Below, piece after piece: positions 18,259-28,472 of a stretch of 64,000 bases of DNA. The stretch lies in the sequence record PP695294.1; one strand, 5' to 3'. Both the position numbers and the translations under genes were made by a program. The stretch's first letter is position 1. Each line of letters begins with the position of its first letter. Under the pieces are notes generated by a model. It was not told the DNA's origin. It searched no databases and saw only the letters and a list, made by a program, of their open reading frames with translations.

Positions 18259-19821
18259 TTAGAACAAATCATCACCCATTCCACCGGTGAAGAAGTTGAT
18301 AGACGACGCTGTTACGGTTTCTTCTTTATCACAATCCCAAGGCAGGATGCCAACATCCTGGAAAGGTATCACTGTGTAGTGATAAGATTCTTTAGTATCG
18401 ATAATGGTGCGGTGTTTACCGCGTTGAACTTCTAAGAAGCTATGGCCGTTGACCACACGCTTGTTAAAATACATTTCACCATCGGCCTCGTTATCAAGGC
18501 TCGAACAACTATCGTAAAGACCACGACCAGGTAAGTTCTTACAGAAGCCTACCGGGTCTAACGCTTTTAAGCGTTTACCTTCTGGGGAAATCTGGTGTGG
18601 GGCAATTAAGAACCCACGGTTGCGAACCACTTGGATGTTACGAGCAATACGATAAATTTCTTTGATATCACTCCCGGCAATGCCGTTGCCGTGTCCTGCT
18701 TTGCTGATTGTGCCTAAGTAGTCTGCGCGAATGCCAACAACATGATAACCGCGACGACGTAAGTCGAGAATAAGGTCGTTGATGTAGTGCACTTTAAAAT
18801 CGGAGTTGGTGTGCTTTTGGAAAACGTAGTCCCAACCGTTTGCGCGAATCTTACCACAGAGGTAATCAGACATTGCTGTTGTGTGTGCTAACTTCTCTTC
18901 AGCGGTTGCATCCTGTGCAATGGTCATCTGTGGAACTTGTCCTTCAAAATGACCGTACAGTGCTTGATAGCCGTAAGCTAAGTTAACGTCGAGTTCGTTT
19001 TCTAAACTCAAGTCAAGAATAATTGGTTGCAGTGTGCCCTTCACATCCGCCATTACTTTCTCAGGCGTGTTGAAGATGGGAATCGACAAGCTCAGTAAGA
19101 GACTGAACAAAGACTTACAGTTAAAAGGCAACGCCGGCATAAGCCACAGTTCTTCGGTAATCCCTTTGTTACAACCGAGCATTTGGTTAATGGCTTTCCA
19201 GCCCGTCTGCAAACCATTACCTGCTGCTTTCTTGTTAATCGAGTCGAACACTTTAACAAACGGAGCCCGATTATCTGTAACCAGCTCACCGACCAGTGAT
19301 GGAATCTTATTATGAGAGCGTTCACCGAACGTAGATAGCGCCTCTTTGAGTTCGAGCACTGCGGTGTTCAGATCAACACGTGTCTCAGTTCCATTCAATG
19401 CTCCGAACGCGCGACCCATTTTTGTTTTGAGTTCGACGCTCTGTAAACATTGACGTAATTGGAAATAATATTGAGACAGTTGTCGATTAAGATGCTCGGT
19501 ACGCTTGTCTTCTTCCTCGGGCAAATCGTCTTCGAGGAATTTGGTAATCGTATCGTATAGAGGACGTACTTGAGTGGTGGCCAGCTTCAAGCGCTTCATA
19601 ACGCTCGCGTGGTCGTATTCCATGCCGCCGTCTATGATAGATGTGATAATGTCCTTGATCTCGATGAGTGCAAAGCGCTCTTCGCCATCTTCCGCATATT
19701 CCGGAAGCTTGATCTGCATCAGAACTTTTCTTATGACATCATGATCCTTGCTAGGGTCCGTCAGCATAGATTCTGTATACAGTGCGGCTAAGGCGGTTAT
19801 CAACATCATTTTACTATTCAT
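18259..19821 (-). CDS. DnaB-like replicative helicase (phiKZ gp118-like)
   Basis: LQTGWKAINQMLG, LSLENEL, RADYL, APHQIS, EVQRGKHR motifs; divergent from capsid operon. Confidence 0.8.
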   Translation of the reverse strand: MNSKMMLITALAALYTESMLTDPSKDHDVIRKVLMQIKLPEYAEDGEERFALIEIKDIITSIIDGGMEYDHASVMKRLKLATTQVRPLYDTITKFLEDDLPEEEDKRTEHLNRQLSQYYFQLRQCLQSVELKTKMGRAFGALNGTETRVDLNTAVLELKEALSTFGERSHNKIPSLVGELVTDNRAPFVKVFDSINKKAAGNGLQTGWKAINQMLGCNKGITEELWLMPALPFNCKSLFSLLLSLSIPIFNTPEKVMADVKGTLQPIILDLSLENELDVNLAYGYQALYGHFEGQVPQMTIAQDATAEEKLAHTTAMSDYLCGKIRANGWDYVFQKHTNSDFKVHYINDLILDLRRRGYHVVGIRADYLGTISKAGHGNGIAGSDIKEIYRIARNIQVVRNRGFLIAPHQISPEGKRLKALDPVGFCKNLPGRGLYDSCSSLDNEADGEMYFNKRVVNGHSFLEVQRGKHRTIIDTKESYHYTVIPFQDVGILPWDCDKEETVTASSINFFTGGMGDDLF

Positions 19822-19835
19822 GGAGCATCCTTAAA

Positions 19836-20360
19836 ATGCAAATTCGTTTTAGTCCACCGTGGGAAGTTCAATCTAACATAGATAAAGGGGCTGGCGTTAA
19901 AAAGTTGGAGGAACTCCAAGCAAGCTTCTTTAACTGGTTATATGACTGCTCGTCGGGCTTTAGTTCCATCATACTGCCAGTGAGTGACCCTATTTCGATT
20001 TATAAATCGATTATGGCACCACCTGCACTTCCGACTCTTTATTATGACCAGGTCTTAAACCTGGTTGAGAAAGGTACGAATGAAACCCTTGCTGATTTAT
20101 ATGGGGAATCATTCGACGGTCGTTTACGTTGGGTGTTCTCACAACGTGGCGATGTTGTTGTGGCGTCTTTTGCAGAAGCTAAATCCGGACCGGGTTTTTC
20201 TTTAAGTGAAGACCACGCTGCGAAAAAGATGTTCTGCGCAGAACTTTTTAAATATATGCGTCCCAAGACTCGTGTCGTGGATGATACGTTCAGTACGTCG
20301 ACGCAGTTTGCTGCGCACGAAGTGCTGACGCAGTTGTACGCATGTCATTTATCTAAATAA
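19836..20360 (+). CDS. Virion protein upstream of capsid (phiKZ gp119-like)
   Basis: Start moved to ATG 19836 (SD GGAG); synteny. Confidence 0.6.
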   Translation: MQIRFSPPWEVQSNIDKGAGVKKLEELQASFFNWLYDCSSGFSSIILPVSDPISIYKSIMAPPALPTLYYDQVLNLVEKGTNETLADLYGESFDGRLRWVFSQRGDVVVASFAEAKSGPGFSLSEDHAAKKMFCAELFKYMRPKTRVVDDTFSTSTQFAAHEVLTQLYACHLSK

Positions 20361-20372
20361 GGTAAACTTGAA

Positions 20373-22670
20373 ATGAAAGATACCCGTATCGCTAGTCTGG
20401 ACCAGCTGGTTCAGCAGGGCAATGCTCTGGTCGCTGCTGCCAAGGCAGGCTCTTCCGCTAATGACGTATGGCAAACCGTAGCCGTTGGCGAATCTGTACG
20501 TAAAAATGCTGCCGGCTTCACCAACCTGCGTGACACTGCTCAGCAGCACTACGAAGCTGTAAACCCTGGCAAAACCATGAGCCACGCTGCTCAGGTTGCT
20601 TCTGCGATGATTCTGGCTGCTGCCGGTCACGAAGACGACTTCATGACCCGTGTTGCTGCTGAGAGCGCGAAGCCGGAATATGCCAGCTACATGCCGATCG
20701 CTATTTCTGGTGCAGCATCTCTGGCTGCTGACTACGGTAAAACTCCGCTGGTCGCAACCGAATACTACACCAACAAAGACCTGGACAAAAACCTGGGTCT
20801 GACCTGGACGCTGAACGTGCGTGCTCTGGAAACTCAATCCAAGTTTGCAGAAACCCTGTTCCCGACCATCACTGTGGACACCAACGACGTCGGCATCACC
20901 GTTCGTACCAAAGTTACTACTGTAACTCGTGGTATCCTGAACGCCCTGCTGACCAAAGACGTGGTTGAAGACAACCGTCAGCCGCTGCATAACGCGCTGT
21001 CTAACCACAAAGTCCTGCAGGACGATGCTATCCGTATCGTACCTTACGTGATGGAAACCGGTGAGAACGCGAAGTTCTTCGTATCCGAAGACATCATCGA
21101 AAACGAAAACGTTCAGCTGGGTCGTGTGCCGGCGTATCCGACCAACTACCTGAGCTTCTCTGAACGTCGTCTGAACCTGTTCCAGCTGTCTGCCCATCCG
21201 GGTATCGTGCAGGAAGGTTACGATGAAACCGACGAAATCGCACCGGGTGCGGCGCTGGGTAGCCTGCTGCTGTCTGTGCGTAAGCCGACTGAAGAAGCGA
21301 AAGATGGCGCGCTGATCAAACTGAACGTACGCGACATGCAGTTCGCTACCTTCCAGCGTCCTCCTGAAGGTGATGGCCGTGAGCTGGTCCTGCAGTTCCG
21401 TCGCACTGTGTTCTCCCTGAACGCCAAGTCTCTGGACTGGAAAGGTGCTGAAATCCCGGCACTGGCCGCTCTGGCACAGAACGATTACACCATTCGTTAT
21501 TCCATGAACATCAGCATGTCTCTGTTCACCAACGGTCAGTTCTCTGGTCGTGTTGACGTGACTGCACCGTCTCTGGAAATCGAAGGTCTGTACGACGCAA
21601 CTGGTACTGCTGTTGATATCGAAAGCGGCACCGGTAAAGTGATCATCGACAACCTGAAACTGGAGCTGCTGGGCTGGCGCTTCGACGGTACTCGTACCAA
21701 CGAGAACCGGAGAACCCAGGGCCTTCTGCTCGACCCGATTTGGGAACAAGAGAACTACAAACTGCAGTACGGTTCTCCGATCATGACCAAATCTCCGGTT
21801 GGCGTTGAATACGACGACACCGAACGTCTGGACGACCTCGTTTCTGCGGTTAACATCCGTAACGAAATGCTGGCTATCACTCAGACTCTGTCTTACACCG
21901 AAGCGGTTAAGAACGCAGCTGCGTCCATGATCACTCCGTGGGACAAACCTGCTATCCGCGGCCTGGGCCGTCACTGGGTTGCTCCGTGGTACAGCGAAAG
22001 CGACTACGAAGTGGACAAAGTGATCCAGTCTCTGGATACCAAAGATGCGCTCATCAACGCCCGTCAGGGTCTGGTACAGCGTATCGGTGACCAGGTAACT
22101 CGTGCTATCCAGGACTCTCGCTTCATGCCGGCTCTGCGCCTGCTGACTGCGGACCCGAACGCACTGCCGAAAGTTGTTATCGCAACTGACGAACCGACTG
22201 CTGCAATGCTGCTGCTGGTTCAGGGTGACCAGCGTCTGCTGGGCGATCGCTACGAGTACGAAGTTATCACCACCAACGATGACCGCTGGCGTGTGAAGAA
22301 CGAAGCTGACGGCAGCTGGACTCGTCGCCTGCAGTGGGTTCTGAAAGTTCCAACCGCTGATGATGGTTCTTACTGTGTTCTGAACTGGGGTAACCACTTC
22401 TGGTCTCCGATCATGGTAACCAACATCAACATCCAGCGTAACGGCGCTACCAGCAAAGAGCTGGCAGTACAGCCTCGTAACGCGCACATCTGCCACTGCC
22501 CGATCACTGGTCTGATCTGGATTAAAGGTATCACCAAGTTCGTGGAAGAGAAACTGGCGTTCAACGTCACTACTACTTCCAACGGTACCGGCGGTACTGA
22601 CGGTGGTAATGCTGGTGATGTTGGCGGCGGTACCCAGCCAGGTACTGGCGGTGAAGGCGCTGGCGGCTAA
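20373..22670 (+). CDS. Major capsid protein (phiKZ gp120/SPN3US gp75-like)
   Basis: 765 aa, extreme codon bias, VATEY maturation site, FAETLFPTITV and HWVAPWY segments, strong terminator after. Confidence 0.9.
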   Translation: MKDTRIASLDQLVQQGNALVAAAKAGSSANDVWQTVAVGESVRKNAAGFTNLRDTAQQHYEAVNPGKTMSHAAQVASAMILAAAGHEDDFMTRVAAESAKPEYASYMPIAISGAASLAADYGKTPLVATEYYTNKDLDKNLGLTWTLNVRALETQSKFAETLFPTITVDTNDVGITVRTKVTTVTRGILNALLTKDVVEDNRQPLHNALSNHKVLQDDAIRIVPYVMETGENAKFFVSEDIIENENVQLGRVPAYPTNYLSFSERRLNLFQLSAHPGIVQEGYDETDEIAPGAALGSLLLSVRKPTEEAKDGALIKLNVRDMQFATFQRPPEGDGRELVLQFRRTVFSLNAKSLDWKGAEIPALAALAQNDYTIRYSMNISMSLFTNGQFSGRVDVTAPSLEIEGLYDATGTAVDIESGTGKVIIDNLKLELLGWRFDGTRTNENRRTQGLLLDPIWEQENYKLQYGSPIMTKSPVGVEYDDTERLDDLVSAVNIRNEMLAITQTLSYTEAVKNAAASMITPWDKPAIRGLGRHWVAPWYSESDYEVDKVIQSLDTKDALINARQGLVQRIGDQVTRAIQDSRFMPALRLLTADPNALPKVVIATDEPTAAMLLLVQGDQRLLGDRYEYEVITTNDDRWRVKNEADGSWTRRLQWVLKVPTADDGSYCVLNWGNHFWSPIMVTNINIQRNGATSKELAVQPRNAHICHCPITGLIWIKGITKFVEEKLAFNVTTTSNGTGGTDGGNAGDVGGGTQPGTGGEGAGG

Positions 22671-22700
22671 TAATCCGTAAGGATTACGTTGCCTAAGATT

Positions 22701-22740
22701 AGCTTACTCCCTTCGGGGAGTAAGCTTTTTCTTTTTTTCT
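22701..22740 (+). terminator. Intrinsic terminator of capsid gene
   Basis: AGCTTACTCCC-TTCG-GGGAGTAAGCT plus T tract. Confidence 0.92.
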
Positions 22741-22750
22741 AAAAATTTAT

Positions 22751-22771
22751 AGATAGATATTATCTTAGGGA
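22751..22771 (+). promoter_or_regulatory. Early promoter variant
   Basis: AGATAGATATTATCTTAGGGA. Confidence 0.65.
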
Positions 22772-22805
22772 GAGAGTCGTTCGGTTTTAACTTAAGGAGA
22801 CAGTA

Positions 22806-23504
22806 ATGGTAATCAATTTAGAAAAATCAAGATTAGTTGCGCCTATGTTCGACGGCAGAGGATTTATGGCAGCCGGCTTTTTTGCATCGGAATGCTCTGT
22901 TCCCTTCCGTGAAAATTCTGAAGAACCTACTAATTTTTATCTCAGTCACGATGCGGTAAGTGCGATATTGCAGTGGGTGAGGATGTGGGAACTTCATTTA
23001 CAAGGTGATGACAGTCTGCGGATGGATTATCCGCAGTTAAATATAAACGGTGTTGTGTTCACTCTATATTCCATCGCCGACTACGACTACAATGAGCTGA
23101 AAAATATACACCCTAGCCAGGCAACGCAAATATTCGACACCATACGTCAGAACTTCGCGACTGGGTTTACTGAACGGAAAGATTTGTGGGAAAAAGCCAA
23201 TCACCCATTTGGTAGTTATTCTGCGGAGTCGTTTAACGTTCTCGGCAGAAGGATGGAGTTTGACTACGATAACGCCGCAGTGCGTTATAATTACCAAATC
23301 GTGAATCAGCCGATCCCCGCCCCGTATGCGTCTCTCGAGTTAACGATGGTAAAGATAGCCGATGCACTCCTCTCAGTAGCAAACACGAACACGTATCCGC
23401 AAGCTGGGTACGAGCTGGGTCTGAAGTTGGGCTTCGGCGACCAGAAGTTGGCTGATTTAACCCGCGACCAACTCCGCGAAATAGCCCAACGCCTAATACC
23501 CTAA
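22806..23504 (+). CDS. Hypothetical protein in a single-gene cassette
   Basis: 232 aa, SD TAAGGAG, own promoter and downstream hairpin. Confidence 0.75.
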   Translation: MVINLEKSRLVAPMFDGRGFMAAGFFASECSVPFRENSEEPTNFYLSHDAVSAILQWVRMWELHLQGDDSLRMDYPQLNINGVVFTLYSIADYDYNELKNIHPSQATQIFDTIRQNFATGFTERKDLWEKANHPFGSYSAESFNVLGRRMEFDYDNAAVRYNYQIVNQPIPAPYASLELTMVKIADALLSVANTNTYPQAGYELGLKLGFGDQKLADLTRDQLREIAQRLIP

Positions 23505-23555
23505 AGTTTTTTACGTTACGGGCACTGGGTATGAACCCGTGCCCAAAGTAATCTG

Positions 23556-23576
23556 AGATAGATATTATCTACGTGA
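23556..23576 (+). promoter_or_regulatory. Early promoter variant driving nvRNAP subunit operon
   Basis: AGATAGATATTATCTACGTGA. Confidence 0.65.
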
Positions 23577-23609
23577 ATAATTCTTTTGGTATTATTACTG
23601 GGATGCTCA

Positions 23610-24614
23610 ATGAACCGTTATGATTTAGACGTTCAGCCAACGCTAACCCAGCGGCCCATGCACCGTGGTGCCGTGTCGAAGACTATCACGTACGAAAATA
23701 ATACCGGGTTTCCCATTTACGTCACTGAACTCAGTGGCGGGCATTTTGTTTTAGCCCCGTCGTCCACCACAGCGGCGGAATTTGGGATTGTGATTTACGT
23801 GACCTATACGGTGTTTGCGAACGGTGCTAACCTATCTGGTTTGCGCGACGCACATTCGCCAAAGCAGTATGCGCAGATATGTAAGGAATTAACTACGAAC
23901 GGCGAAACAACGCTGATGTATGTAGTTGATGATATCGGTGCATTAATGCGAGGCGACTTGGTGGTGTTGAAGAAGCTAGGAATGGCTTTCTCTACCCAAC
24001 CAGTAAAACTCGATTCTGAGGTTATTGGTAAGCCTGGAGGGGATCGTAAAGAATTTGCCTTGGGCGTGGTAGTTGTGCAGAAGTACGAAGACCCAGCACC
24101 TTTAAAGTGGCTGAGGTTCTATACAACGATGTTGGAAGTCGAACCGATTCGATCGAAGTATTACGACGAGGGTATTTACATGGTAATCGGTGGTGCGGAG
24201 TGTGTCGAAGGGGGTAAGATGATAATGTACGCTTTCGATGACCCGATGTCCCCGTTCCGGGCGTTTGCATCTGAAGATGAAGCGAGGCGTTATCGGTGGC
24301 TCGATAACATTCCAGAGTTGCGAGATGTTCGTGCGAAGCTGGAAGCCACGTATCAGGCCAAGTTGCAAGATCTCGATGAGAAAAAGAATCGGCAAGACCT
24401 CGATTATCGTACGCAACTTAATAATCTGGCGCTGGAGAAGGAGAGGATTAACACCCTTAACGCAATCCAGACGAATGAGCTTAAGTTGCGTTCCGATGTT
24501 CGTAAAGACCAATACGAGTCCCGAGCTTATCAGCGAAAAGATAGCTCGGAGTTCTTGAAATCCATTCCCGCGTATTTGGCTGCAGGGGTAGCACTCGTTG
24601 GGATGATTCTCTGA
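23610..24614 (+). CDS. Conserved protein with C-terminal coiled coil and hydrophobic tail (phiKZ gp122-like)
   Basis: Coiled coil then IPAYLAAGVALVGMIL; synteny before RNAP subunit. Confidence 0.6.
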   Translation: MNRYDLDVQPTLTQRPMHRGAVSKTITYENNTGFPIYVTELSGGHFVLAPSSTTAAEFGIVIYVTYTVFANGANLSGLRDAHSPKQYAQICKELTTNGETTLMYVVDDIGALMRGDLVVLKKLGMAFSTQPVKLDSEVIGKPGGDRKEFALGVVVVQKYEDPAPLKWLRFYTTMLEVEPIRSKYYDEGIYMVIGGAECVEGGKMIMYAFDDPMSPFRAFASEDEARRYRWLDNIPELRDVRAKLEATYQAKLQDLDEKKNRQDLDYRTQLNNLALEKERINTLNAIQTNELKLRSDVRKDQYESRAYQRKDSSEFLKSIPAYLAAGVALVGMIL

Positions 24615-24625
24615 GGGAGGCCGGT

Positions 24626-26404
24626 GTGTTTAAAGATGCGATTAGGAAGATTAAAGAGGCAGGCGAAATAGTGCCTTTTAATCGTGCAATTGCAGAAGGA
24701 GTTGGGTACACACAAGCTAAAGATGGGATACATGATCGTGTGGCAACCATTCTACGTCGTGAGTTGACGTATGATGAAATCGATAACCCGAAATTACCAG
24801 AAGGGTTAACGGTACTAGGTTGTCGCCAAATGTCGCCGTTTGAAGCTTTTATCTTTAAGTTATCGAAGTCGGATAACAATTCACGAAACAATCGTGGCCG
24901 GTCAATTATTAACATCTCATCCACTGACACGTATATGGTAATGGCCTCGTTCCGAGTTCCAGGTGATCCTCGCCCGGTACAACGACCAATGAGCCTGCCG
25001 TTTATTCGTCGTGGCGGCTTAATGAACTACTACGGTACAACGTACCACGTAGCACCTGTAATCCACCAACCTGGTATTTGTCGTGAGCACGGTGGTATCT
25101 TTATTAACTTTGACTTCACCCGCAAGGTGTCGATCAAGTTCTGTAAGAAACCAACGAAGATTCTGGTGAATGGTCGCCCTGAGCAGCTGTTCTTGCCAGG
25201 TACATCGAATCTGTTTGTCTCAACTGGACAGATTGGACACGACACCGATGAGAAGCCACTGATGTATTGGCTCTTTGGGCGTTATGGCTTTAAACAAGCC
25301 GTGAAGCGTTATGCGGGCGTTGATGTGACGATTTGGCCAGCGATTAAAGTACGTGATGTGGACTTAACGAAGTATGTGGTGATTCAGTCCGGTGAGCCAC
25401 AACTCGCGAAGACCATCCAGTACGTACTGTTGGTTAAACGTGAAGATATGCCTAACACCGATGCAGGGCGTTGGGATCAAAACGAACATCTGTTGCTGGT
25501 AGCGACTGCCGCATTCTTCAAAGCGGCGCACTATTACGCAGGTAAACAGAACAGTAAGAACGGTCGTGCACCAACACTGCCGGGGCTGTTTACACAGATT
25601 AATGAAATGGCAATGGACGAAGATATTGCAAACCTCAACTCTGCAGCGTCTTGGCGTGAAGTGTTGGGCCGCAGTATTCGCGGACTGAAGCCTTCGGATA
25701 TCGAACTGAGTCGCAGTATGGACAGCCACTTCCAGGAATGTGAACGCTATGTCAACAGCACCTTCCGTGGTGAGCTGATGGCAAACGATCCGTCCATCCC
25801 TGATGATTTGGATATGTTTGATTTCCTCTGGTACACCACGCAGCTGATGGTGCGTACTCGTCTTACCAAACAAGATGATATTCCGTCTATGTACGGAAAA
25901 CGTCTCACGGTAACCGATTACTTACTGTTGGGCCAACGTGGCTTTACCACAACGATCTCGAAAATACGTTGGAAGCTGGGGCAGTTGGAACATCGGACTC
26001 CAGAGACAGCGGCAAAGTCTATTCGAGACGCACTGAACAAACAGATCGTGCTCAATCTGGTGATGCGCACCATTACGAGCAACGGCGGTATCAGTTTCTT
26101 CAATGCCTCTACAGAATCAATGGTATTGGCAGTGTCTACGCACGCCATCGGTCAAACCGAAACCGATGCTAAGCGTTCGAAGAAAGGAGGCAAGACCGTT
26201 AACTTGAACGACCGTACTAAGCACGCATCCGCGTCGCATCTGGAATGTGGTAACGTCTATTATATTCCTAAGTCGGCACCGTTTAAGGCGAACATCCTCA
26301 ACCCGTACATGAAGACCAACCCAAGTTTGGTAATGATGCGGAATCCTAAACTGGACCCGTACATCAGACCGACCGAAGAAGACATTGCTAAAATCGGCCG
26401 CTAA
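24626..26404 (+). CDS. Non-virion RNA polymerase beta subunit, N-terminal part (phiKZ gp123/SPN3US gp77-like)
   Basis: 592 aa; RPMSLPFIRRGG, HASASHLECG segments; position two genes after capsid. Confidence 0.75.
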   Translation: MFKDAIRKIKEAGEIVPFNRAIAEGVGYTQAKDGIHDRVATILRRELTYDEIDNPKLPEGLTVLGCRQMSPFEAFIFKLSKSDNNSRNNRGRSIINISSTDTYMVMASFRVPGDPRPVQRPMSLPFIRRGGLMNYYGTTYHVAPVIHQPGICREHGGIFINFDFTRKVSIKFCKKPTKILVNGRPEQLFLPGTSNLFVSTGQIGHDTDEKPLMYWLFGRYGFKQAVKRYAGVDVTIWPAIKVRDVDLTKYVVIQSGEPQLAKTIQYVLLVKREDMPNTDAGRWDQNEHLLLVATAAFFKAAHYYAGKQNSKNGRAPTLPGLFTQINEMAMDEDIANLNSAASWREVLGRSIRGLKPSDIELSRSMDSHFQECERYVNSTFRGELMANDPSIPDDLDMFDFLWYTTQLMVRTRLTKQDDIPSMYGKRLTVTDYLLLGQRGFTTTISKIRWKLGQLEHRTPETAAKSIRDALNKQIVLNLVMRTITSNGGISFFNASTESMVLAVSTHAIGQTETDAKRSKKGGKTVNLNDRTKHASASHLECGNVYYIPKSAPFKANILNPYMKTNPSLVMMRNPKLDPYIRPTEEDIAKIGR

Positions 26405-26435
26405 TTATTACATCTCTTAAGGAGTATTATTTACA

Positions 26436-28106
26436 ATGAGCATTACTGTTGAACAAATCAAAAACGTCATCGTTAAACACCTCGATCAGGACGCGGTACT
26501 GTCGCAGTTGAATAACGTGATGCGTAGTCGTAGCATTCCGCCAGATCAGGCGTTAAAGATTGCGACGTATGTTGCGGCATGGGCAGCATCCAAAGGGGGT
26601 AGTGAAGCACAGGTTATCGCATATGCAGTCGATGCGTATAAAGCAGCTGCCTATCAGCAAGTGCATAACGCAGGCGACGCGTATAACGACGATCGTCACA
26701 CCAAACTGGTTAATGCTTGGGAACAAGTCGGTAAGATTCTTGCCGAAATTCGTTCTCAGCAGTCCGGCGGTTTGGGTGGCAGTGGTGGTTTAGGTGGTGG
26801 TAGCAACGCAGGCGGGTTACTGGGCGGTAACAGTTCTGGCGGTGTGCGTGTTACTGACGGCTTGACTATGTCTTCTGCGCCATCCGGTGGTGTTAAGATT
26901 GGTAACACAGATGCGGCACTAACCGTGATTGCTGGCGGTGCAGGTCTTAACCTGGTCAGTGATCCTATTCTGAACCCACAACCGGCGCAAGTAGCCCCAG
27001 CACAACAGCCCCAGCCTGAACCAGCACCGGTGCCTGTACAACCAATGCCGGTGTCTAATGCTACAGTTAATAACCCAGTGCTTTCCCCACTCGGCGCAAC
27101 AGAAGAAACCGAGAAGGACACTACCAATGGCCCAATTAACAACATTCTGCAGGAGATTGATTTGATGGAAGACTACGCACTTCACGAGCTGAAAACCCCC
27201 GAGCTTAAAATGTCGATCCCAGCGAAGGAAGCTAACAGTCGCATTAAGCAATCTGTTTACGCGGAAACGCGTGATTGGGCTACACCGTTGCAAGATATCT
27301 TTAACGGTAATGAAGAGGTTGTTTTCTACGACGGGGCTGACCTGATTGTGCGTGCACGGGATAGTTATCGCGCGTATCTGGTCGGTGTTAACACTGATAT
27401 GTGCGAACGCATGAAGCAATTTGTTGCTAAGCACGACGCACTGAAATCCGATCTCGACAACTTGGCGTTGGTAGAAGATGTTGAAACTATCATGGCTAAG
27501 GTGAAACGTACGATCGATGAGCTGCGTAAGAACACGAAAGAACTGCACGACTATGCGATTGCGAACAGCAGCGAAGCAGAAGTGGTTATCAGTGAAATTT
27601 CTCGCTTTGCTAATGCGTACCTGGCGAATATCACTTTCCTGGTACACAACGCGCTGTCGCTGGGCACTAAGCGTGGTAAAGATGTGCCGAAGTTCAAAGC
27701 TATCGATTTCGAACGGAAAATCAGCGATATCGACTTCTTCGTAAAAGATCTGTTCACTGCAACCGCTGGCGACAACGGCGTAAGTGAATATGAAGACTGG
27801 TTCCGTGACCTGTTCCTGATGGTGGCGAACTCTCTGCGCAAACTGACTATCAAGCTGAGCGATTCTGGCAAGGTGGTTAATCTGATTCAGAGCCAGTTCA
27901 CCATCGTGATTCCAGGCATGTACCATTCTGTTGATAAACATGACGTAGTTACGGTAGCGTCTCTGGGCAATACCGCAGACCCGGTTGTGTCTATCTACGA
28001 AGCAGTGCAGGAAAACGTGCCACATGCAATTGTATTGATGCAGCTGCCGCAGCACACTTACTTGCTTCTGAGCAATGGTGAGAAAACTGCACCAGTGTTG
28101 TACTAA
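26436..28106 (+). CDS. Conserved protein with Gly-rich and Pro/Gln-rich central linker
   Basis: 556 aa, SD TAAGGAG. Confidence 0.8.
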   Translation: MSITVEQIKNVIVKHLDQDAVLSQLNNVMRSRSIPPDQALKIATYVAAWAASKGGSEAQVIAYAVDAYKAAAYQQVHNAGDAYNDDRHTKLVNAWEQVGKILAEIRSQQSGGLGGSGGLGGGSNAGGLLGGNSSGGVRVTDGLTMSSAPSGGVKIGNTDAALTVIAGGAGLNLVSDPILNPQPAQVAPAQQPQPEPAPVPVQPMPVSNATVNNPVLSPLGATEETEKDTTNGPINNILQEIDLMEDYALHELKTPELKMSIPAKEANSRIKQSVYAETRDWATPLQDIFNGNEEVVFYDGADLIVRARDSYRAYLVGVNTDMCERMKQFVAKHDALKSDLDNLALVEDVETIMAKVKRTIDELRKNTKELHDYAIANSSEAEVVISEISRFANAYLANITFLVHNALSLGTKRGKDVPKFKAIDFERKISDIDFFVKDLFTATAGDNGVSEYEDWFRDLFLMVANSLRKLTIKLSDSGKVVNLIQSQFTIVIPGMYHSVDKHDVVTVASLGNTADPVVSIYEAVQENVPHAIVLMQLPQHTYLLLSNGEKTAPVLY

Positions 28107-28113
28107 GTAATAC

Positions 28114-28147
28114 GGAGACCTTCGGGTCTCCTATTATTATTTTTTAT
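28114..28147 (+). terminator. Intrinsic terminator
   Basis: GGAGACC-TTCG-GGTCTCC plus T-rich tail. Confidence 0.85.
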
Positions 28148-28171
28148 TCTATCGTGAAAAGGAGTATTAAA

Positions 28172-28438
28172 ATGTCTAGTGTTGAAGCAGTAATCTATTT
28201 TGAAAACGATGGGGTCGCGGGGTGCGGCTTCCCGAAGACAGCTGGGGTTAAATCTCTGTTGGCAAAGTATAAAGAAGAGCTTAAGAAAACGGCAGGGCAG
28301 AACCCTGGCGTGCCGCTGCGTAGTGTTTTTCCTGAGATGGAGAAGGCTGCAAAAGTTGATCCGGTGTTGGGTATGTTCTGCGGGATGATCAAAGAGCGAT
28401 TCCCTGACATTGATAAGTACCACATTACGCTGGTGTAA
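28172..28438 (+). CDS. Small hypothetical protein
   Basis: ATG 28172, SD AAGGAG. Confidence 0.7.
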   Translation: MSSVEAVIYFENDGVAGCGFPKTAGVKSLLAKYKEELKKTAGQNPGVPLRSVFPEMEKAAKVDPVLGMFCGMIKERFPDIDKYHITLV

Positions 28439-28472
28439 TTATTATAGAGTAGCTCTATAATGAGGTTCGAGC

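Noticed and set aside
20349-22496. 715-aa minus-strand ORF
   Set aside because: Shadow of the capsid gene; strong codon bias removes antisense stops; no RBS and non-protein-like composition
24626-26404. Intron/intein or frameshift in the RNAP subunit
   Set aside because: ORF is continuous and of expected size; split beta subunits are normal for phiKZ-like phages
26919-28055. 378-aa minus-strand ORF
   Set aside because: Antisense shadow of the codon-biased 26436-28106 gene
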